A DNA stretch of 10,462 bases from Gammaproteobacteria bacterium. GTDB taxonomy: Bacteria > Pseudomonadota > Gammaproteobacteria > Steroidobacterales > GCA-2729495. The notes beneath the pieces are model-generated. The model had not been told where the DNA came from. It was given only the letters and a program-made list of their open reading frames with translations, and ran no database searches. The stretch covers positions 63,369 to 73,830 of the forward strand of contig JARRLL010000012.1 of assembly GCA_037387125.1 (NCBI GenBank), in the 5' to 3' direction. Positions within the stretch are counted from its first letter, which is position 1. Each line of letters starts with the position of its first letter. The translations under genes were made by a program, and so were the position numbers. Shown piece after piece: positions 5,124 through 10,462 of the stretch.

Positions 5124-5268
5124 GAGGCTAATTCTATCGTATCGCTGTTATTTCTTTATTCTAACCGGTTCAAAATATGGTTATCTGGAATCTGACATAA
5201 GCAGACCTTCCGGCCGCTATACTGTAGACAGGTATTGTGCCAACACATTTGTTGGCGGGAGAGGGGCG
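5124..5268. promoter_or_regulatory. AT-rich divergent intergenic region between the lipoprotein gene (minus) and the 2TM gene (plus); presumed divergent promoters
   Basis: 145 bp, AT-rich (ttatttctttattctaacc...). GGAGAGGGG sits 6 nt before the ATG at 5269. Confidence 0.3.
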
Positions 5269-5547
5269 ATGACTGAGGTGGACACCAAGCAATTAACTGA
5301 TGCTTACAAAAAGGTTCTCAAAAAGGAGAAGTTCAAGGCCTTTTACATCCATCTGGCAGCATATTTAATTGTCAACACGGCACTATTTATTACCAATATC
5401 GAAACTAACCCCACTGTATTTTGGGGTTGTTTCCTCGGCTGGGGGTCGGGCGTTCTAGCAATTGTGGTCTTCAAGATTTTGCCTATGGACAAGCAGCTCG
5501 AAGAGCAGCGTATCGAAGTCGAGGCGATGGCAGCTGGTTATGAATAG
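5269..5547 (+). CDS. small membrane protein with 2TM domain (two TM helices; FYIHL...N...W...GWG motif)
   Basis: MTEVDTKQLTDAYKKVLKKEKFKAFYIHLAAYLIVNTALFITNIETNPTVFWGCFLGWGSGVLAIVVFKILPMDKQLEEQRIEVEAMAAGYE. It has a strong RBS. The ORF-track entry 4966..5547 carries an N-terminal extension antisense to the lipoprotein gene, which I reject. Confidence 0.7.
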   Translation: MTEVDTKQLTDAYKKVLKKEKFKAFYIHLAAYLIVNTALFITNIETNPTVFWGCFLGWGSGVLAIVVFKILPMDKQLEEQRIEVEAMAAGYE

Positions 5548-5729
5548 GTGCGGGGGTTGTGCGCTAAGGACGCTGTAATCTGCAACCTAATGACTAGGGG
5601 TGCTCTAAGGTGCCTCTGTGGTTCGGCTAATCTGAAGGCCTGTCGGAATGTCTTGGGCCAGGGGCTTGCTCGGGAGTTGGCCCTGAGCCGGCAATCGAAA
5701 ACAACTGCGCAGGATAAATTCAGAATGAC

Positions 5730-6557
5730 ATGCTGAAAATTTTCTTCGTCGTCGCTGCCTGTTACATTTTGCTAGCCGCTGTCGTGTATTTTGCGCAGGC
5801 TCGTATACTTTACCTTCCAGACCTGCCCGGGCGAGCGCTGACCGCGACGCCGGCTGATGTCGGGATGGACTATGAAGACGTCTTCATCGAAACAACTGAT
5901 GGAGTGATGCTGCACGGCTGGTTTATCAAGGGTCATTCGTCTCAGGTGCTGCTGTTCTTTCACGGCAATGCAGGAAACATCTCACATCGTCTTGACTCAA
6001 TACGGCAGTTTCAAGAACTGGGTTTGTCAGTATTGATTCTTGATTATCGGGGTTACGGTCGGAGCGATGGCCGAACTACCGAAAGGGGGGTCTATCGCGA
6101 TGCAGATGCAGCGTGGCAATATCTCATCGTGGATCGCGGTTTAGCGGCCAGCGATATTATTGTTTTCGGACGTTCCTTGGGAGGCTCGGTCGCAGCGCGG
6201 CTAGCCGGCTTGCAACAACCACTGGGGCTAATCGTAGAATCGTCGTTCACGTCCGTCCCTGACATTGCTCAGGACCTCTATCCATGGCTCCCCGTGCGCT
6301 GGTTGAGTCGCCTTCGTCACGCGACAGGTGAATACGTGCGGGACGTCAAATGCCCCATACTTGTCATTCATAGCCGCGACGACGAGATAATCGCGTTTCG
6401 CCATGGCGAAGCAATCTTTGCAGCGGCGAACGAGCCTCGTACCCTGCTGGCGATTTGGGGCACTCATAACGACGCATTCTTGAGTGATGCGCGTGCCTAT
6501 CTTGACGGACTTCGAGCATTTTTGACTGGACTGAGCGCGCCCGCTTTGACTCGTTAG
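5730..6557 (+). CDS. membrane-anchored alpha/beta hydrolase (BEM46/ABHD-like; HGNAGN motif, nucleophile elbow GRSLGG, Asp in HSRDDEII, His in GTHND)
   Basis: The 275-aa ORF has an N-terminal TM helix (IFFVVAACYILLAAVVYF) and the ordered catalytic triad motifs of alpha/beta hydrolases. Confidence 0.85.
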   Translation: MLKIFFVVAACYILLAAVVYFAQARILYLPDLPGRALTATPADVGMDYEDVFIETTDGVMLHGWFIKGHSSQVLLFFHGNAGNISHRLDSIRQFQELGLSVLILDYRGYGRSDGRTTERGVYRDADAAWQYLIVDRGLAASDIIVFGRSLGGSVAARLAGLQQPLGLIVESSFTSVPDIAQDLYPWLPVRWLSRLRHATGEYVRDVKCPILVIHSRDDEIIAFRHGEAIFAAANEPRTLLAIWGTHNDAFLSDARAYLDGLRAFLTGLSAPALTR

Positions 6558-6748
6558 TGCGGTTCTGGGTGGCGGAATTTGCGAGTATTCGGATACACTA
6601 TTAAGGCGCCGCACAGCAACGCAAGACCAGCGGAAGGATTGACTCAATCGCTGCCGCTAAACGCGTGTGTCGCTTCGTGAACCTCCTGACTTACTCGGAT
6701 CGACCGACAGGTTCGAACCAAGACCTCCTAGAGTTCGACAAATAAAAA

Positions 6749-6776
6749 GGGCCAGCCTAAATCGGCTGACCCTGTT
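6749..6776 (+). other. hairpin (GGGCCAGCC-taaatc-GGCTGACCC) preceded by AAATAAAAA and followed by TGTT; possible weak terminator for the hydrolase gene
   Basis: Inverted repeat with one mismatch, lying 190 bp after the hydrolase stop. Confidence 0.3.
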
Positions 6777-6818
6777 AGTCGCATGACTGGTTTGCGCGAC
6801 CCTTAGACTCGCGAGCCG

Positions 6819-6966
6819 CCAATGCGGCGGCCGGCTGCGCGTCATCGCCAGCATCGAATCGCCGGCGGTCATTGAGCGGATTCTCAAGCACCTTGGCGGA
6901 GAGGCCGTGCCGGTCGATCCTGCGCATCCGAGCCGGGCACCGCCCCGGTCAGATCGGCTGATCTGA
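6819..6966 (+). pseudogene. C-terminal remnant of an IS91-family transposase gene (copy 2)
   Basis: Same frame as copy 1, with stop TGA at 6964-6966. The frame opens after a TGA within 40 nt upstream. Confidence 0.45.
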
Positions 6967-7187
6967 CTCCCTCGCCGATGCCCGCACCGCCCGGCCCCCG
7001 CGCCGGGACGGGCGCGTGTTGCCCGCCGGCTTTGCCTGTTGGCATTTCCGGGTGAAAGGGGAAGATTCACGGGCCGCCACCTGCATCGCGGCGTTCAACC
7101 TGCCATCAACACCCCGATTGCAACACGCCTCTACCGGTTCGATCGAGTCCGCTGCTCAAACAAAGGCAGCTTAAACTTCCTATTCGC
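6819..7187 (+). mobile_element. copy 2 of the IS91/ISCR-like 3'-end remnant (transposase tail ...CGGRLRVIASIESPAVIERILKHLGGEAVPVDPAHPSRAPPRSDRLI*, oriIS-like end AAACAAAGGCAGCTTAAACTTCCTATTCGC)
   Basis: See copy 1. It sits in the convergent gap between the hydrolase gene (plus) and the outer-membrane protein gene (minus). Confidence 0.55.
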
Positions 7188-7299
7188 CCCGGGTCAGACG
7201 GTTCAAGCCCTCTGCCGGTCACCCTGTAACAACGGGCCCTAATGGCGAGAACCTGGCTCGGACCGTGCATGCCTTCGGCTAGCCCGCTTCCGCCCCCGG

Positions 7300-8427
7300 T
7301 CAACCCGCAAACTCCCAGTTGATACCCAGCAGGACCAGCGTCTGGGTTGTCCGCAAGACATCGTCGGGCTCGTCGGCAAAACCCGCATCACCGCTGGAAC
7401 GGTCATGGCGCGCCTCGAACGTGCCGACGAGGCGTTGCGACCCTAGCAACAACTGGTACTTGACGGTTCCCGTCAGTCCGAGCAGCCTCTGCTGCCCCCC
7501 GGTAACCAGTCCGTCATCATCGAGGTGGAACTCGGGTCGCACCGCGAAGCTCAGTCGCTCGTTTGCCGCCCAGACCAGCCAGACCGCACCGGTCGTCCAC
7601 TGGAAGCGGGGCTGCCCAGGCTGGTCCGCCTGCTTTTCGGTGCCATAGTCGAGTGAAGCGGCCAACCGCCAGGGGCCGCGCTGCCATTCGACAATGGAAT
7701 TACTGAAAAACCGCCAGTACTCCAGATCGGTATTGTCCTGATCCGAGCCGTAATAGAGGTTTTGGATGAACTTCGCGTTGTCACTGAGCGAGAACCCGGC
7801 CGAGAAACCGAGGCTCGGTATGTCATTGGGATTCGTCAGGTAGTTATAGCCATTGACGAGGTAAAAACCGAGATCCACCGAATCACTGACATCCCAGAGC
7901 AATTCCCCGCCGAAAAGAAAATACGGCACGGTATCGCTCAGGTAGGCGCGCGTGTAGTTCGGGTTGTCGATCGAAAGATAGGATTCGTAGCCGATGTAGC
8001 TGTTGATCAGCCCGGCAGTGAGCCTGACTTTACCGTCGTTACCGAAAAGGTAAGACACGTTCGCCCGGTAAAGATGGCGCCAGTCATCCGCGTTAGCGAT
8101 TGGCTCGTTGGCTGCCGGCGGCGGCGACGTAACCAGGCGCTTCGAATCGTCGCCGGCTTGCAGGCCGAATTCGAAGCCCCAGCGTGAGCCTACATTAGCT
8201 TCGCGGGACAGGTTGAACATCGCCTCGTTCAGTTCCAACTGGTTAAGCGTCGCCGCGGACGATTTACCCTGCCAGTTGTCATCGGAGGGGTCGCGATTGC
8301 TGCCGACGTAGCCGACGTCGAGGTAGGCTCTAACCTGCAGCGGAACGTCATCGGCCGCCAGAACATCCCTGGAAAGCAACGCGACTAATCCAACTCGCAC
8401 GAACGAGTTGCGAAACTGTCTTGGCAT
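7300..8427 (-). CDS. outer-membrane beta-barrel protein (putative porin-like OMP), signal peptide ...LLSRDVLA|ADD
   Basis: The ORF track gives 7300..8436 with a GTG start; the ATG at MPRQFRNSFVRVGLVALLS is more likely. It has alternating amphipathic beta-strand character, many Y/G/N/D, and a C-terminal ...GINWEFAG with aromatic residues near the end. Confidence 0.7.
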   Translation of the reverse strand: MPRQFRNSFVRVGLVALLSRDVLAADDVPLQVRAYLDVGYVGSNRDPSDDNWQGKSSAATLNQLELNEAMFNLSREANVGSRWGFEFGLQAGDDSKRLVTSPPPAANEPIANADDWRHLYRANVSYLFGNDGKVRLTAGLINSYIGYESYLSIDNPNYTRAYLSDTVPYFLFGGELLWDVSDSVDLGFYLVNGYNYLTNPNDIPSLGFSAGFSLSDNAKFIQNLYYGSDQDNTDLEYWRFFSNSIVEWQRGPWRLAASLDYGTEKQADQPGQPRFQWTTGAVWLVWAANERLSFAVRPEFHLDDDGLVTGGQQRLLGLTGTVKYQLLLGSQRLVGTFEARHDRSSGDAGFADEPDDVLRTTQTLVLLGINWEFAG

Positions 8428-8584
8428 GCGTATCACTCTGTTGCGTCGCGCGTTGATTCTTCAATACAAACCCATACAGAGTATGCGGCGCATTACCGCA
8501 ACTATCCAGACTGCCCACAAGGCTCGCTGGCCACGGCCCACAAATTCGTCATGATGGGTTTTTTATTTGGCTGCACCAAATACG

Positions 8585-9523
8585 CTAGTGACACTCAGCG
8601 TCGCACTCCGAATCAAAAGCAGAGTCAGTTCCAGCGAACTGGGCTCCGCTGTTTGTTTCGCCGGTCAGGGTAAGCTCTGTGTCGGCGCAGCCGACGCCGG
8701 TGTCCCCGGTCAGGAAATGGAACTTGGCATCCAGGAAACCGTCGTTGTCAAAGTCGGTATTTAATTCAGTGGTCGATGACGGATCGAGGCCGGCACCAGC
8801 AGGCCCGAAACTTAAGGTGGAACCGACAATATTGCCAGCGACCAGGTTGACAGGGTCGCCCGCGCTGGTGGTTGAGGTGAATACGATCACCTCGATGACA
8901 TCATTGAGCCCGCCGGGAGCGGAGGCACTGCCGTCGTGATCCGGATGGACCGCCCGATTAGGCGCTGCCGTGTCGATATCGATCTCAGCGGGCAGTACGC
9001 CCGCCGGCGCCACAACGATATCGTCGAAGAAAAAGCCGGTCAGGCTATTGGTGTGCGCGACCAGAAACACCTCGACGTTGGTGAGGTTGGTCCAGCTACT
9101 GTCAAAATCCACGGTCAGCTCGCCAGGGATAGCGATGCCCTCGAAGTTGCTCGCATAAGTCACTAGCGAGGCCGTCTGATAAATATAGCCCCCGCCGTCA
9201 ATTTTGCCCCGGAACGTGATACCACCGACCGCGTAGACGGGCTGGTTGCCAATCAACCGTATCGACATCTGCTTCAACGTGAACGGATCCGTGTTGGTTT
9301 GGAACATATTGAACGAGTAATAACCGCTCAAGGCCCAGATTTGGTAATCCGGCGTGATGCCTAGCACGGTGGCATCACTGGTGGTAAACCGATAGCCACG
9401 ACTGTCGAATGACGCCGTGGTACCCGTCGAATCCTCGAAATCAATTACGGTATCGGCTGCGAAAGCAGGCGCAGACGCCAGGCAAACGCTGAGCAACCAT
9501 GACCGGTGCTTAAATATTGACAT
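8585..9523 (-). CDS. hypothetical secreted protein (SPI signal peptide MSIFKHRSWLLSVCLASAPAFA|AD), D/T/G-rich, C-terminal Cys cluster CADTE...SECDAECH
   Basis: 312-aa ORF, co-directional with and 150 bp upstream of the OMP gene (probable operon). No family is recognised by eye. Confidence 0.65.
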   Translation of the reverse strand: MSIFKHRSWLLSVCLASAPAFAADTVIDFEDSTGTTASFDSRGYRFTTSDATVLGITPDYQIWALSGYYSFNMFQTNTDPFTLKQMSIRLIGNQPVYAVGGITFRGKIDGGGYIYQTASLVTYASNFEGIAIPGELTVDFDSSWTNLTNVEVFLVAHTNSLTGFFFDDIVVAPAGVLPAEIDIDTAAPNRAVHPDHDGSASAPGGLNDVIEVIVFTSTTSAGDPVNLVAGNIVGSTLSFGPAGAGLDPSSTTELNTDFDNDGFLDAKFHFLTGDTGVGCADTELTLTGETNSGAQFAGTDSAFDSECDAECH

Positions 9524-9532
9524 GACAATCCC

Positions 9533-9737
9533 CCCGCACCGCTCTGGTGCCGCTTAAGGCCGCCGGGACGGGCGCGTGTTGACCGGCGGCTTTCCCGGTT
9601 GGCATTTCCGGGTGAAACGGGAAGGTTCACGGGCATCGCAGCGTTCAACCTGCCATCAAAACCCCGATTTTAACACGCCTCTACCGGTTCGATCGAGTCC
9701 GCTGCTCAAACAAAGGCAGCTTAAACTTCCTATTCGC
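9533..9737 (+). mobile_element. copy 3 (5'-truncated, ~205 bp) of the IS91/ISCR-like element: non-coding part plus oriIS-like end only
   Basis: Aligns to copy 2 from CCCGCACCGC onward and ends ...GCAGCTTAAACTTCCTATTCGC. It begins 10 nt upstream of the secreted-protein start codon (9523) and ends 24 nt before the ZnuA-like stop (9761). Confidence 0.5.
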
Positions 9738-9760
9738 CGCCTAGGCCGGTTGCAGCAGGA

Positions 9761-10462
9761 CTATGGCAGCGACCGATGAAGTCGTTCTACGTTATCGTGC
9801 ATCACGCTGAGGAAGTCGCCCTCTTCCGGAGCGTTCGCGACCGTCCGAAAAGGCACGCTGACGATGCCTGCCTTGGCGAGGCCGATTCGTGTTTCTTCCA
9901 GCGGCTCAGACTCCCAGACCATGATCGTCGCCGGGTGCGTGACGAGTATCTGTTGCAATTCAATCCAGTCAAATGTCGAGGGTGCCTCGTCCGTTTCCCA
10001 GTGCACACTCTCGCCGTTAATACCGTAGCGACTCTCGAGATACTGGTACACGGGATGCGAGAACAGGACAGGCCTACCATCGAGCTGTGCGAATGCATCC
10101 GCAAGGCGCGCATCGAGTTCAGTAAGCTCCCGCTCCAGGTTTGCAAGGTTGTCACGGAACCGCGTTTCGCCCGCTGGTACCAGATCGATAAGTAAGTTGG
10201 CGAGGACCCTGGCCTGCGCAATGGCAATCTGTGGGTCCAGCCAGGTCGTGAAGGCGGTCCGCTGGTGAGAGTGCTCACCCTCCGGGCCGTGCTGATGCTG
10301 GACAGAATCGTCGAGCGGAATGAGTCTGTCCACGACAATAGCTGACGTATCAACAAGGCGACGCCGATCGAGCGAAATCATGTTGAGCCAGGACTCAGCG
10401 CCGGCGCCGTTGAGTAAAATGACGTCGGCCGACTGCAAGAGCTGAACCTGTTCCTCACTCGG
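9761..10462 (-). CDS. znuA: metal (Zn/Mn) ABC transporter substrate-binding protein, ZnuA/TroA family; 5'-partial (N-terminus beyond window)
   Basis: His-rich loop (HQHGPEGEHSHQ), a W-L-D-P motif (TAFTTWLDPQIAIA), and VLFSHPVYQYLESRYGI matching the ZnuA FVFHDAYGYF region. The frame stays open to the window edge. Confidence 0.8.
   Translation of the reverse strand, partial: PSEEQVQLLQSADVILLNGAGAESWLNMISLDRRRLVDTSAIVVDRLIPLDDSVQHQHGPEGEHSHQRTAFTTWLDPQIAIAQARVLANLLIDLVPAGETRFRDNLANLERELTELDARLADAFAQLDGRPVLFSHPVYQYLESRYGINGESVHWETDEAPSTFDWIELQQILVTHPATIMVWESEPLEETRIGLAKAGIVSVPFRTVANAPEEGDFLSVMHDNVERLHRSLP

Noticed and set aside
4966-5547. Long version (193 aa) of the 2TM ORF starting at 4966
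   Set aside because: The first ~100 codons are antisense to the lipoprotein gene and run through the AT-rich intergenic region. A strong SD plus ATG at 5269 gives the 92-aa 2TM protein.
5548-5736. ORF 5548..5736 (+, 62 aa) between the 2TM and hydrolase genes
   Set aside because: It has a GTG-type start, a Cys/Arg-rich translation and no RBS. I treat 5548-5729 as an intergenic or possibly regulatory region, though a small conserved peptide cannot be excluded without comparative data.
5772-6647. Minus-strand ORFs 5772..5963 and 6228..6647
   Set aside because: They lie antisense within the alpha/beta hydrolase gene, which has clear catalytic motifs.
6690-6745. GGTTCGAACC T-loop-like motif (caggttcgaaccaag) as a tRNA-derived att-site remnant of an integrative element
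   Set aside because: I could not fold flanking sequence into a T-stem plus acceptor. GGTTCGAACC is itself a palindrome and there is no integrase gene in the window. Probably coincidental.
7319-8311. Plus-strand ORFs 7319..7648, 7762..8187, 8108..8311 and minus-strand 7551..7826
   Set aside because: They are antisense to or alternative frames of the OMP gene.
8567-9166. Plus-strand ORFs 8567..8764, 8679..8939, 8936..9166, 8970..9158
   Set aside because: They are antisense to the secreted-protein gene, which has a clean signal peptide.
9776-10356. ORFs 9776..10195(+) and 9802..10356(-)
   Set aside because: They are antisense to or alternative frames of the ZnuA-like gene, whose frame carries the diagnostic His-rich loop and conserved motifs.

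Overview
The window contains six protein-coding genes, a ~1.55-kb tRNA array with two tRNA-tail-associated repeat families, and three copies of a ~390-bp IS91-like element whose first two gaps hold accessory genes. All calls are from reading the sequence by eye on both strands; no searches or folding tools were run. (1) An SPFH/band-7 (stomatin/slipin-like) gene lies on the minus strand at the left edge. (2) The tRNA array (about 1576-3125, minus strand) holds at least 10 tRNA or tRNA-like genes. Lys-CUU, His-GUG and Trp-CCA are near-canonical and Asn-GUU survives only as the 3' half of a Phe/Asn chimera. The others are odd: four lack the near-universal U33 (one has a formal AUG anticodon), one has a 3-bp anticodon stem, four lack an encoded CCA, one is truncated with no D-arm, and one is an 84-nt tRNA-like copy with a disrupted anticodon arm. 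Perfect palindromic hairpin modules sit immediately 3' of several tRNAs and recur as 2.5 tandem ~115-bp units between them. (3) A ~390-bp element occurs three times (3798-4188, 6819-7187, 9533-9737), all in plus orientation. Each copy carries the C-terminal ~45 codons of what looks like an IS91/ISCR-family rolling-circle transposase plus an oriIS-like terminus (AAACTTCCTATTCGC). No intact transposase is present. The first two gaps hold accessory-looking genes, while ZnuA to the right of the third copy looks like an ordinary housekeeping gene. (4) Between copies 1 and 2 is a lower-GC block: a lipoprotein, a 2TM-domain small membrane protein and a membrane-anchored alpha/beta hydrolase. Between copies 2 and 3 are a secreted protein and an outer-membrane beta-barrel. 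To the right of copy 3 is a 5'-partial ZnuA-like metal-binding protein. (5) Between the tRNA array and copy 1 is a non-coding stretch with a strong minus-strand intrinsic terminator (9-bp stem plus T7), a second 11-bp hairpin and an AT-rich region, compatible with a small RNA.
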